A stretch of 61,862 nucleotides of DNA, from the IMG/VR virus record IMGVR_UViG_3300033141_002737, positions 1 through 61,862 of that record; one strand, given 5' to 3'. The position numbers were made by a program, and so were the translations under genes. Position 1 is the stretch's first letter. Each line of letters starts with the position of its first letter. The notes below the pieces were generated by a model, which was not told where the DNA came from, searched no databases, and saw nothing but the letters and a program-made list of their open reading frames with translations. This stretch comes from a virus (lineage: Duplodnaviria > Caudoviricetes). Of the stretch, positions 43,954 through 53,564 are shown one piece after another.

Positions 43954-44328
43954 ATGTACAAGATAAGAAAGACATTTGAAATAGCCGGAGCTCATCAATT
44001 AAAATTAGGATATGATAGTCCTTGCTGTAGATTGCATGGGCATAATTGGGTAATAACTGTAGAAATAACTTCTAAAAATTTAGATAGGGACGGTATGATA
44101 TTAGATTTTAAGGCGTTTAAACAATTATTAACCCAAAGAATTCATGCAAAGTTAGATCATCAAAATTTAAATAAGATATTAAGTATTAATCCAACCGCTG
44201 AAAATATATCTAAATTTATATTCGATAATGTGAATTTTGCACTATCTAATGCGTATCCTGAACCGATTCGATGTACCAGAGTTATAGTAAAAGAATCGTT
44301 AAATAATGAAGCGGAGTATTCAGAATGA
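43954..44328 (+). CDS. queD: 6-carboxytetrahydropterin synthase
   Basis: AH.L...C.RLHGHNW, LDHQNLN, NPTAENI. Confidence 0.93.
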   Translation: MYKIRKTFEIAGAHQLKLGYDSPCCRLHGHNWVITVEITSKNLDRDGMILDFKAFKQLLTQRIHAKLDHQNLNKILSINPTAENISKFIFDNVNFALSNAYPEPIRCTRVIVKESLNNEAEYSE

Positions 44329-44975
44329 AAATAGTTGAAATATTTGATTCTATTGAAGGTGAGGGTAAGAGAGCTGGAGAATTAGCTACATTTATTAGAA
44401 CTGCTGGATGCAATTTAAGATGCAGTTATTGTGATACTCCTTATGCTCAATCAATTTGTGCACCATCTAAAGAAATGTCAATAGATGAAATTATAGCTAG
44501 AGTAAACTATAATAATGTAACTATAACAGGAGGAGAACCCCTTATTCAAGAGGATATAAAAGCTTTAATAAGCCAATTATGCGAAAAGGGATTTTATGTG
44601 AATATAGAAACTAATGGTAGTGTTATTTTAGAAAAGTTTAGGAAAGTAAGGTATAAACGAAGTATATGTAATAATCCGTTCTTCACAATGGATTATAAAT
44701 GTTATTCTAGTGGTATGAATAAAGAAATGAAGAATGAAAATTTAGCTGATTTAACTCCAAAGGATGTGATTAAATTTGTGGTACAGGATGAGACAGATTT
44801 AGCGCAAGCCTACGAGCTAAAAAAAGTAAGGGCTATTAAATATTTAAGTCCTGTATTTGGAGAAATAGAACCAAAAAGAATTGTAAATTTTATGAAAAAA
44901 TTTGATATGATAGATTTTAAAATACAGTTACAACTGCATAAATATATTTGGAATCCAGAGATGAAAGGAGTATAG
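44325..44975 (+). CDS. queE: 7-carboxy-7-deazaguanine synthase (radical SAM)
   Basis: EIFDSIEGEG, CNLRCSYCDT, TGGEP, IETNG, QLHKYIW. Confidence 0.93.
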   Translation: MKIVEIFDSIEGEGKRAGELATFIRTAGCNLRCSYCDTPYAQSICAPSKEMSIDEIIARVNYNNVTITGGEPLIQEDIKALISQLCEKGFYVNIETNGSVILEKFRKVRYKRSICNNPFFTMDYKCYSSGMNKEMKNENLADLTPKDVIKFVVQDETDLAQAYELKKVRAIKYLSPVFGEIEPKRIVNFMKKFDMIDFKIQLQLHKYIWNPEMKGV

Positions 44976-44977
44976 AA

Positions 44978-45553
44978 ATGGAAAAAACAATTTCAGATCA
45001 ATTAATAGAAAATACTATAAAGGATGTATTAAAATTAATAGGTGAGAATCCAGATAGAGAAGGATTATTAGAAACTCCAGAAAGAGTTAGAAGATCTTTT
45101 CAAAAGTTATTTGAAGGGTACCTTAAGAAAGCCGAAGATGTTTTAAAAACAGATTTTAAAGAATTTGGAGCATATGATGGAATAGTTATACTTAAAGATA
45201 TAGATTTTTATTCTACCTGTGAGCATCATATATTACCCTTTTTCGGTAAAGTCCATTTAGGATATATTCCAGATAAGAAAGTGGTGGGTGTTTCGAAGAT
45301 AGCCAGACTTATTGATATACACGCTAGAAGATTACAAATACAGGAAAGAATGACAGCGGATATAGCAGCCGATTTTAATAGAGTAGTGCAACCTACAGGT
45401 ATTGGAATTGTTATAGAAGCTCAGCATTTTTGTATGAAAGCTCGAGGAGTAGAGCGGCAAAATAGTATGATGGTTACTTCAACCATGTTAGGTAAATTTA
45501 GAGAAGATTTAAATGTTAGGCAAGAGTTTTTACAATTAATAAAGGAGAATTAA
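44978..45553 (+). CDS. folE: GTP cyclohydrolase I
   Basis: REGLLETPERV, CEHHILPF, RRLQIQERMT, HFCMKARG; ATG at 44978 follows AAAGGAG. Confidence 0.95.
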   Translation: MEKTISDQLIENTIKDVLKLIGENPDREGLLETPERVRRSFQKLFEGYLKKAEDVLKTDFKEFGAYDGIVILKDIDFYSTCEHHILPFFGKVHLGYIPDKKVVGVSKIARLIDIHARRLQIQERMTADIAADFNRVVQPTGIGIVIEAQHFCMKARGVERQNSMMVTSTMLGKFREDLNVRQEFLQLIKEN

Positions 45554-45555
45554 AA

Positions 45556-46686
45556 ATGGAAGTTAAAACTAAAATTTTACAAAAAATGTTAGACAAGGTC
45601 ATGAAAGGAGTAGTAGATAATAAGATAGTTCCAATAACCTCTTTAATCGGTATTGACTTAGAAGATGGAGTTTTAAGCATCACAGCCACAGATAGAATAA
45701 ATTTTATTAGAGTCCTTGAAGATGAAATTAAAGGAGCGAATTTTAAGGCTACAATTTTGGCTCAACAATTTAATAAATTAATTCAAAGAATTACAGTAGA
45801 TAATATTTCAATAGTGCTTAAAGATAATTATTTAGAGGTGAAGGCAGGCACAGGTAAATATAAGATAGAATTACCTTTAGAAGGAGAGGATTTAATTGTA
45901 TATCCAGATATTCCAGATATTAAAGCATCCTCTAAAGGTACATTATCTATGAAAGATGTTAAATCATTATTAGAAACTAATAAGGTATGTCTAGCTAAAA
46001 ATAATAGTGAATATAGATGGTTAGAAGGTTATCATATATCTAAAGATTGTGCAATTACAGGAGATAGTCGAATAGCCGCTATTAATTCTGTTAAATTATT
46101 TGAAACATCTTTTCTACTTTGTAAGGAGTGCGTTGAACTATTAGATGTCATTCAAGAAGACGAGGTATATTATACTAGAGATGGAGATCAATTATTATTT
46201 GAATCTAATAATGTTAGTATTTATACTATTGAATTAGAAGATGAGGAGAATTATCCTTATGACAGTATTAAAGATTTTTTTAAGGGTATAGAAAAAAGTA
46301 GTTATTGTCAATTACCTAAGGATGAACTATTAAGTGTATTAGATAGAATTTCACTATTTGTAGGGGAATATGATCAAAATGATATTCAACTTAACTTTAG
46401 TAAAGGGGGATTAAGTGTAAAAAGTAAGAAAGTTACTGGAGCTGAAATAATTAAATATGTAAAACACCAGAATATTAAAGCGTTTGAATGTGAGATAGAT
46501 TTAGAATTATTTAAATCTATTGTTTCAGTTCAGCCTAAAGGAGTATTTGATTTATATTTTGGGAATGAGAATTGTTTAAGAATTCTTGGATTAAATACTA
46601 AGCATTTAATTGCATTAAGTGAAAATAAAGATAGTTCAGGAGTGGCAATTAAAGTTGATTTAGATGATGAAAATATTCCATTTTAA
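45556..46686 (+). CDS. dnaN: DNA sliding clamp (Pol III beta-like)
   Basis: 376 aa; LSITATD, YP and LDRISLF pattern; clamp-loader genes also present. Confidence 0.8.
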   Translation: MEVKTKILQKMLDKVMKGVVDNKIVPITSLIGIDLEDGVLSITATDRINFIRVLEDEIKGANFKATILAQQFNKLIQRITVDNISIVLKDNYLEVKAGTGKYKIELPLEGEDLIVYPDIPDIKASSKGTLSMKDVKSLLETNKVCLAKNNSEYRWLEGYHISKDCAITGDSRIAAINSVKLFETSFLLCKECVELLDVIQEDEVYYTRDGDQLLFESNNVSIYTIELEDEENYPYDSIKDFFKGIEKSSYCQLPKDELLSVLDRISLFVGEYDQNDIQLNFSKGGLSVKSKKVTGAEIIKYVKHQNIKAFECEIDLELFKSIVSVQPKGVFDLYFGNENCLRILGLNTKHLIALSENKDSSGVAIKVDLDDENIPF

Positions 46687-46706
46687 ATAGGAAAGGTGAA
46701 TAAAAG

Positions 46707-47495
46707 ATGGTTAAAATTATTAGAAAAGATTTAAATAAGTTAATTGGTAACTCAACTAAAGAGTCTTCAATAGAGCAGAAATTTCTAGTTGATTTATGCT
46801 TTAGTATTCAAGAGGGAGATTATTGTGATCGAAAAATTAGTAAGACATATAAACCCTCTTCATTAAATTGTATAAGAAATATGTATTATCAAATGATAGG
46901 AGAACCTATAGAGAAATCAAAAGAGAGCCCTGAATTAATTGGGATTTGTGAATCTGGGATAGATAGACACGAAAGACTTCAAAAAGCCATTAATCATTTA
47001 TGCAAGACTTATCATAAAAAGGATAAATATATTTGGATAAGTGTTAGAGATTATATCAAAGAGCATAAATTAGATCAAATTGAGATAGTTAAAGAAAGGG
47101 GCTTTGAAACTAAATGTAGACATAAAGGATTAAATTTATCTTTTATGTGCGACGGGATTTTAAAGATAAATGGTATATATTATGTGTTAGAGATAAAGAC
47201 AGAAACATTGTTTAAGTTTCAGAATAGGAAAGAAATAGATAAAGATCATTTAAATCAAGCTGGTTGCTATGCTTTAGCCTTTGAGATAGATAGAGTTTTA
47301 TTTTTATACGAGAATCGTGATAATTGTAGTAAGAAATTATTTAGACATAGAGTTTTACATTCTGATAAAGAAAAAGTAAAAAATAAAATATTAAAATGTG
47401 ATGGGCATGTGAAAGAAGTAAGCGTGCCCCCTAAAGAAAAATATAAAGGATGTCAATATTGTAGGTATAGAAAAAATTGTGGAAAGGATAGATGA
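46707..47495 (+). CDS. Cas4-like PD-(D/E)XK exonuclease with Fe-S cysteines
   Basis: PSSLNC, G..RHE, CDGIL...LEIKT, Q...Y, CQYCRYRKNC. Confidence 0.85.
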   Translation: MVKIIRKDLNKLIGNSTKESSIEQKFLVDLCFSIQEGDYCDRKISKTYKPSSLNCIRNMYYQMIGEPIEKSKESPELIGICESGIDRHERLQKAINHLCKTYHKKDKYIWISVRDYIKEHKLDQIEIVKERGFETKCRHKGLNLSFMCDGILKINGIYYVLEIKTETLFKFQNRKEIDKDHLNQAGCYALAFEIDRVLFLYENRDNCSKKLFRHRVLHSDKEKVKNKILKCDGHVKEVSVPPKEKYKGCQYCRYRKNCGKDR

Positions 47496-47772
47496 AATTA
47501 AAATGGAAATTACAGTTATAATAATACTTTTATGCCTTGTAAGCATGTTAGGTGTATATGTTGTATTATATGTTAAGGAGTTTCGTAAGAATTTAAAATT
47601 AAACAGACAAATTAAACAGCAGAAATATAATAATGAACGAATAATATTTAAATTAGATAATTTTATAGAGTATTTAAGTGATAAACAGATTAGTGAATTA
47701 TTGGGTTCAATAAGAGTTATAGATAAATTAAATAGTATTAAAAGTGCAGTTAGTATGAAAGTATTTAAATAA
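47479..47772 (+). CDS. membrane-anchored hypothetical protein
   Basis: ORF track; N-terminal TM helix. Confidence 0.55.
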   Translation: MERIDEIKMEITVIIILLCLVSMLGVYVVLYVKEFRKNLKLNRQIKQQKYNNERIIFKLDNFIEYLSDKQISELLGSIRVIDKLNSIKSAVSMKVFK

Positions 47773-47782
47773 AGGATAGAAA

Positions 47783-48250
47783 ATGACAATAGGGAAAGAA
47801 TTTGAAAATAAGGTAAAACAGATATTAATAGATACTTCTGGAGTATCTATAGATAGATTACCAGATCAAGTTTCTGGGTTTCGTGGATCTACTAATATTT
47901 GTGATTTTATGGTATTTAAATATCCTTATTTACATTATTTAGAATGTAAGAGTATAAAGAAGGATTATTTCCCTTTAAGTAATATCAGTGAAATTCAATT
48001 TGAGGGTATGCTAGAGAAAAGTAAAATATTTGAAGTTAGGGGAGGAGTATTAATATGGTTCGTAGATTATAAAAAATTATATTATGCAGATATAAGAGTT
48101 ATAGATAAATTAAAATTAGAAGGGGAAAAGAGTATAAAATTTAAAACTATACATAATTATGATGTAACTGAAATAAAATGTATAGGTAGAGGTTTATATC
48201 CAAAATTTAATGGAGAGCAATTTATGGTAGATATGAGGTATAGAAAATGA
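47783..48250 (+). CDS. recU: RecU-like Holliday junction resolvase
   Basis: GKEFE, CDF, LECKS and NI...Q motifs. Confidence 0.8.
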   Translation: MTIGKEFENKVKQILIDTSGVSIDRLPDQVSGFRGSTNICDFMVFKYPYLHYLECKSIKKDYFPLSNISEIQFEGMLEKSKIFEVRGGVLIWFVDYKKLYYADIRVIDKLKLEGEKSIKFKTIHNYDVTEIKCIGRGLYPKFNGEQFMVDMRYRK

Positions 48251-48792
48251 GTAAGGATAGTAATTTAGCTGGAAAATTATCTAATGAGAGCTCTAAAAAA
48301 CTGCTAAATAGGGTGGACGATAATTATATTATTATAGAAGAGATAGTGAATAGAGTAATAAAGCCTTATTGCTCAGAATTAGACAATTTAATGGAGGACT
48401 GGAGAAGAATTATTAGAGATAGTGCAAACCCACCTTTGGATGAGGAACTGCATGAAGCCATTATAGAACTTCCTACAATTTTATACTTTGCTAGTGAAGG
48501 GGTGGAAAAGTTAGGTATTAAGGAAGATATTGCTACTGCTATAAGAAATGAATTATATAATAAGACTCATCTCGTCGCGGGAGGAACAGTAGCTGTTAAA
48601 GAATCTCAGGCAGAATTAGCTTCACAAGAAGAGTTTATAGTTCAATCTGCTTATAAGCGAGCTTATAAAATTATGAAATTAAAATTAGAGGCTGGATATG
48701 AATTACTAAATTCAACTAAAAAAGTTATTGGGGCTAGATGTACCTTAATGGAATTAACTAAAGTAGATGCTGGACGAAGTAAGAATAGATAA
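48247..48792 (+). CDS. helical hypothetical protein
   Basis: ORF track; ATGA overlap. Confidence 0.65.
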   Translation: MSKDSNLAGKLSNESSKKLLNRVDDNYIIIEEIVNRVIKPYCSELDNLMEDWRRIIRDSANPPLDEELHEAIIELPTILYFASEGVEKLGIKEDIATAIRNELYNKTHLVAGGTVAVKESQAELASQEEFIVQSAYKRAYKIMKLKLEAGYELLNSTKKVIGARCTLMELTKVDAGRSKNR

Positions 48793-48806
48793 GTAAAGGA
48801 GATAAA

Positions 48807-49385
48807 ATGAAAAAAAATGAAAGATTAGAGATATTTAAATTAGAATTAAGTTTTATTAAGGATGCAGATGTAAGAAAATTCACAGAATTATGTCTAAGTC
48901 AATTACCAGATTATTTTTTTCAAGTTCCTGCTAGTTCAACAGGAAAGTATCATCCAAAATTTTCTTTAGGTGATGGAGGTCTTGTAAGACATACACAATG
49001 CGCAGTAAGATTGGCTAATGAATTACTTAATATAGATATGTTTATCCCCTTAGTTTCCGACAGATCTTATATAATAGCTTCTCTTATTTTACATGATGGA
49101 CTTAAACACGGAAATCCAATGAAACCTTATACTACACATGAACATCCTATAGAAGTCAGTGAGTTTATAATGAATTTAGCTAAAACTAAAGATGAAAAAT
49201 CTATTGCAATTATGCTAGGAGAATTAATAAAATCTCATATGGGACAATGGACTACTAATAAGAGAAGTAAAGTAGTTTTACCTAAACCTACAAATAAAAG
49301 ACAAAATTTAGTTCATTTATGTGATTTAATAGTATCAAGAAAATTATGGGATGACTTTTATCCTAATATACAGAGAGGTGTATAA
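48807..49385 (+). CDS. HD-domain hydrolase
   Basis: ASSTGKYHP, GGLVRHT, LHD, SHMG, VHLCD. Confidence 0.88.
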   Translation: MKKNERLEIFKLELSFIKDADVRKFTELCLSQLPDYFFQVPASSTGKYHPKFSLGDGGLVRHTQCAVRLANELLNIDMFIPLVSDRSYIIASLILHDGLKHGNPMKPYTTHEHPIEVSEFIMNLAKTKDEKSIAIMLGELIKSHMGQWTTNKRSKVVLPKPTNKRQNLVHLCDLIVSRKLWDDFYPNIQRGV

Positions 49386-49486
49386 TGACTATAAATAATA
49401 GAATTTTAGAATTAAAAAATGAATTAAATCAGTGTCCAAATATAGGAAAACTTATTGATATATTAGAAGGAACGGAATTATAAATT

Positions 49487-50488
49487 ATGAGTATAGATGA
49501 TATTATAAATAAAGTAAGTAAAAAACATAAATCTAATCTAATACGTCGTGGAATGGAGTATACAGAAATGTCGCGTATTAATTTTAGTAGCCCTCGAGCT
49601 AATTGGATGTTATATGGAGGAATACCTAGAGGAAGAATGATAGAATTTGCTGGTCCTTATGCTAGCGGAAAAACTACTACAGCTTTAGATATAATATTTA
49701 ATGCTCAAACAATATTTAAAGAAGAATCTAATCAGCAAATATTATTTGTAGATGTAGAAAATACTTTAGATTATAACTGGGCTCAAACTTTAGGAGTAGA
49801 TACGGATAGTATTTTATACTTTAGACCTGAATATCAATCAGCGGAAGAAATATTACAAATAACCCGAGAATTTGCAGAAACAGGAGAATTTGGTTTAATA
49901 GTTTTAGATAGTATACCCGCTTTAGTTACAAAAGCTAAATTAGATAAATCTATAGATGAGAAGACATTCTGTGGTATAGCTGGACCATTTACAGATTTTG
50001 TAACGGTATTACAAAGAAGTATTTCTAAATATAATACAACTTTTATTGGACTAAATCATATAAAACCTGTTATAGGGTCTCTTTATCCAGCTTTTAGTTA
50101 TAAAGGAGGAGAAGCTTGGAAATATTATGCTTCAGTTAGATTACTATTTAAAAAGGGAAAATTATTAGATGAAAAGGGTAATGAGACGGCTAATTCAAGT
50201 GAAACCGCATTTGGACATAAGGTTAATATACATCTAAATAAATCTAAGATATGTTCTCCAGATAGATTATTAACTTTTTATACATTAGATTATAAAGAAG
50301 GAATTGATGTTATAAGTGATACTATTGATATCGGGTTGTTAACTAAGCATATAACAAGAAGAGATTCTTGGTATTATTTTAATGATAAGAAGTTTCAAGG
50401 TAGACGAAATTTAAAAGAATATTTCCAGGATAAGTTTGAATTATTTACAGTATTAAAAGATGAAATTACAGGATTAATAGTGAAATGA
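49487..50488 (+). CDS. recA: RecA recombinase
   Basis: GGIPRGRMIEFAGPYASGKTT, VDVE, VLDSI, GGEAWKYYASVRL. Confidence 0.95.
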   Translation: MSIDDIINKVSKKHKSNLIRRGMEYTEMSRINFSSPRANWMLYGGIPRGRMIEFAGPYASGKTTTALDIIFNAQTIFKEESNQQILFVDVENTLDYNWAQTLGVDTDSILYFRPEYQSAEEILQITREFAETGEFGLIVLDSIPALVTKAKLDKSIDEKTFCGIAGPFTDFVTVLQRSISKYNTTFIGLNHIKPVIGSLYPAFSYKGGEAWKYYASVRLLFKKGKLLDEKGNETANSSETAFGHKVNIHLNKSKICSPDRLLTFYTLDYKEGIDVISDTIDIGLLTKHITRRDSWYYFNDKKFQGRRNLKEYFQDKFELFTVLKDEITGLIVK

Positions 50489-50832
50489 GCTTATTTACTA
50501 AAAATACAACTAATCAAACTTCTAAAAAAGATTTAAAAATTTTAGAGCTTATAAGGAGAAGGCGCCTTCAGATATTAGTTCATAGTTGTATTTATTATAG
50601 GTTTAATAGTTCTTTAATAGATGACGCTACTTTTGATAAGTTTGCTAAAGAATTAGTAAGTCTTCAAAAAAAATATCCAAAGTATGCTAAGAAAGTTAGA
50701 TATTCAGAAGCTTTTGAAGGTTTTGAAGGTAGTACAGGATATAGACTTCCAATGGGGGATATAAATATAGTATCAAAGGCTGAACAATTATTACGATATG
50801 CAAATAATAAGGAATTTGTTAATAATGTATGA
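50485..50832 (+). CDS. stand-alone NAD-dependent DNA ligase N-terminal (Ia) domain protein
   Basis: HSCIYY...LIDDATFD...EL..LQKKYP; no adenylation domain. Confidence 0.7.
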   Translation: MSLFTKNTTNQTSKKDLKILELIRRRRLQILVHSCIYYRFNSSLIDDATFDKFAKELVSLQKKYPKYAKKVRYSEAFEGFEGSTGYRLPMGDINIVSKAEQLLRYANNKEFVNNV

Positions 50833-51007
50833 ATTAGATATTTTAAAGATAACGCAAGTTACAATACAATTTATGGTATATAGTTTTGGGTTTGCTATAT
50901 TTATTATTTTAGGGGTTAAATTGTCTCTATGGATATGCGAAATTATTGAGAATTTTGTTATAGGCTTAAAGGGTATGATTATAGAATGGTATGAAGATAA
51001 GGATTAG
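50825..51007 (+). CDS. small membrane protein
   Basis: ORF track 50798..51007; ATG at 50825 overlaps the upstream stop; TM helix. Confidence 0.5.
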   Translation: MYELDILKITQVTIQFMVYSFGFAIFIILGVKLSLWICEIIENFVIGLKGMIIEWYEDKD

Positions 51008-51338
51008 ATATATGAATACTAAAAAATATAGTAACAAACAAGAAAAAGATATAGCTAAGAAATTTAATGGAAATAAGCAATTTAACAGTGGTGCAACTCC
51101 ATTTCATAAAGGAGATGTTATATCTAATGATTTTTTATTTGAATGTAAAACATCAATAACGAATAAAAAATCATACTCAATTAAACAAGAAGATTTAGAA
51201 AAATTAAAAAAAGAGAAATTCTCTATGGGGAGGTTATATGAAGCTCTTGTTTTTAATTTTGGACCAGAAACTGAAAATTATTATGTAATAACAGAACAAA
51301 CTATATTAGATTTTATAGAATTATTAAAAGAGGAATAA
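50991..51338 (+). CDS. PD-(D/E)XK endonuclease (Holliday-junction-resolvase-like)
   Basis: QE..IAK...NSGA...KGDV...FECKT. Confidence 0.75.
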   Translation: MKIRIRYMNTKKYSNKQEKDIAKKFNGNKQFNSGATPFHKGDVISNDFLFECKTSITNKKSYSIKQEDLEKLKKEKFSMGRLYEALVFNFGPETENYYVITEQTILDFIELLKEE

Positions 51339-51353
51339 AGGAGATAGTTATTT

Positions 51354-51698
51354 ATGAATTTTATTAAATATCAAAAAGATGTGAAACGAACAATGAATTC
51401 TGACCCTAAATATACAGAACTTGAGCTTACTGGTAATTTCAGCTTGGGTATAATGGAGGAACTTGGTGAATTTTGTGGAGCTTTAAAGAAATTCTTATAT
51501 CACGAGCATAAATTTAATAGAGAAAAATTAATTGAAGAGGCTGGAGATTTTCTGTGGTATTTTACAGCAATGCTTGAAAAATATGGTTTAACGCTTGAGG
51601 AAGTGGCTAAATATAATGTGAAAAAATTAAGAAAACGATATCCTAATGGGTTTGACACGGAAAGAAGTAAAAATAGAAATACATCATTTGAAGAATAA
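51354..51698 (+). CDS. MazG-like NTP pyrophosphohydrolase
   Basis: LGIMEELGE...EEAGDFLWY...NVKKLRKRYPNGF. Confidence 0.9.
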   Translation: MNFIKYQKDVKRTMNSDPKYTELELTGNFSLGIMEELGEFCGALKKFLYHEHKFNREKLIEEAGDFLWYFTAMLEKYGLTLEEVAKYNVKKLRKRYPNGFDTERSKNRNTSFEE

Positions 51699-51709
51699 AG
51701 GAGATAAAA

Positions 51710-52735
51710 ATGTCAAAATTATCATTAGCACTAAAATATAGACCAAAAAATTTCAATGAAGTTGTAGGTCAGGATAATCAAATACAGATATTGCAATATC
51801 AAATTAAAACAGATACAACTAAAAATGCTTATTTATTCGTAGGTCCGGCTGGAACGGGTAAGACTACTTGCGCTAGAATATTTGCAAACGAATTAAATGA
51901 AGGGAAGGGTAGTCCTATAGAAGTAGATGCGGCTAGAAATAATGGAGTAGATGATGTAAGAAATATAATAGATAATTCAAGTTTTAGATCTATTGATAGT
52001 AAATATAAGGTGTATATTATAGATGAATGTCATATGTTTTCTATTGGAGCGTGGAATGCGATGCTAAAACTTTTAGAAGAATCCCCTGAGTTAACTGTAT
52101 TTATATTATGCACCACAGATCCACGAAAAATTCCAGCAACTATATTAAGTAGAGTGCAAAGATATGATTTTAGAAAGATTTTGTATAAGGTTGTAGTAGA
52201 TAGATTAAAATATATTATTGCAAATGAGGATACAGATGATAAAGATAATAAAATAATAGTTAGTGAGGAGGCTATTGAATACATAGCTAGATTAGCTGAA
52301 GGAGGGATGAGAGATGCTATATCTATGTTAGACAAGTGCTTAAGTTTAGATATTAATTTAGATATAAAGAAGGTGGTTAAAGCTTTAGGTATTTCAAATT
52401 ATGATAATATGTTTGATTTATTAGGCGCCTTAAATAGAAAAGATAAAAAAGCTTTAATAGAGATAATAGAAGATTTGGATAATATTGGAATAGATTTAAA
52501 GCAATTTGTAAAACAATTTTATATATTTTTAATAGATATGAATAAATATTATGAATTAGAAGATTTTATATGGGTTAAAATTCCTCCCACTTTTAAAGAA
52601 GATATAGAAGGATTTGAAGCCAACTTTTGCATAGAGTTAATGGAAGAATTTATGCAGTTTTATAATCAAATTAAATGGGAGGATAATATTAAGCAGTTAT
52701 TAATAGGAAAGGGGTTATTATTATGCAAATCATAG
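51710..52735 (+). CDS. dnaX: clamp loader ATPase (Pol III gamma/tau-like)
   Basis: LALKYRP, GPAGTGKTT, IIDECHM, TILSR, GGMRDA. Confidence 0.95.
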   Translation: MSKLSLALKYRPKNFNEVVGQDNQIQILQYQIKTDTTKNAYLFVGPAGTGKTTCARIFANELNEGKGSPIEVDAARNNGVDDVRNIIDNSSFRSIDSKYKVYIIDECHMFSIGAWNAMLKLLEESPELTVFILCTTDPRKIPATILSRVQRYDFRKILYKVVVDRLKYIIANEDTDDKDNKIIVSEEAIEYIARLAEGGMRDAISMLDKCLSLDINLDIKKVVKALGISNYDNMFDLLGALNRKDKKALIEIIEDLDNIGIDLKQFVKQFYIFLIDMNKYYELEDFIWVKIPPTFKEDIEGFEANFCIELMEEFMQFYNQIKWEDNIKQLLIGKGLLLCKS

Positions 52736-53550
52736 GACAAAAGGATTTATTTAATGAGGTAAATAGATGGATAGAGAAGGATAATATACCTAGATTTATA
52801 TTACTTTCTGGATCTAAATATTCAGGTAAAACATATTTGGCAAAAGAAATCGCTAAACTAATATCTAAAGAAATAATAGAAGTAGATCATAAAGCAGACA
52901 CTATAAGAGATATGATTAATACAGCGTATACGATATCAGATAAAGTTATATATATAGTAGATAATGCTCAATTAATGTCAGAGAGTGCTAAAAATGCTTT
53001 ATTAAAAGTAACTGAAGAGCCACCTAGAAAAGCTTATATAGTTTTAGTAGTAGAGGATTTTAAATATATTCCAGATACTTTAATAAGTCGGGCTAATGTT
53101 TTACAAATTAAAAAATACAGTAAGGATGAAATTCAGAATTATATTAAAGGTTTAGATGTGTTTAAGTCTTCAGATTTGGATATGTTATTAGATATTTGTG
53201 TAAGCCCAGCAGAAGTTAATTATTTTTTAGATAATAATTTAAAGAGTTTTTATGATTTAGTTAATACTATTGTATTAAAATTAGATATATTATCTGGAGT
53301 TGAGGCATTTAAATTAAGTAAAAAGATTAAATTAAAGAAGGATGAAGTTGGGTTTGATTTAAGATTTGTAATGAATAAGGTAAAAACATTAACCTTAAAA
53401 TATGAATTAGAGGATAGTTTACCTTCAGGTTTTGGATATTTATTAACCGCAATTACAAATAAAGGAATAAAAGATTTAGATATAACAGGTATAAACCAAA
53501 TATCTGTATTTGATAAGTGGATATTAGATATAAAAAATATAGAAATTTAA
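52723..53550 (+). CDS. holB: clamp loader delta-prime-like subunit
   Basis: IIGQ, NALLKVTEEPP, TLISR. Confidence 0.85.
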   Translation: MQIIGQKDLFNEVNRWIEKDNIPRFILLSGSKYSGKTYLAKEIAKLISKEIIEVDHKADTIRDMINTAYTISDKVIYIVDNAQLMSESAKNALLKVTEEPPRKAYIVLVVEDFKYIPDTLISRANVLQIKKYSKDEIQNYIKGLDVFKSSDLDMLLDICVSPAEVNYFLDNNLKSFYDLVNTIVLKLDILSGVEAFKLSKKIKLKKDEVGFDLRFVMNKVKTLTLKYELEDSLPSGFGYLLTAITNKGIKDLDITGINQISVFDKWILDIKNIEI

Positions 53551-53564
53551 AGAAGGATTTAAGA

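Noticed and set aside
46707-47495. Cas4-like gene as evidence of a CRISPR-Cas system
   Set aside because: No other cas genes or array; stand-alone Cas4-like nucleases are common in phage recombination modules
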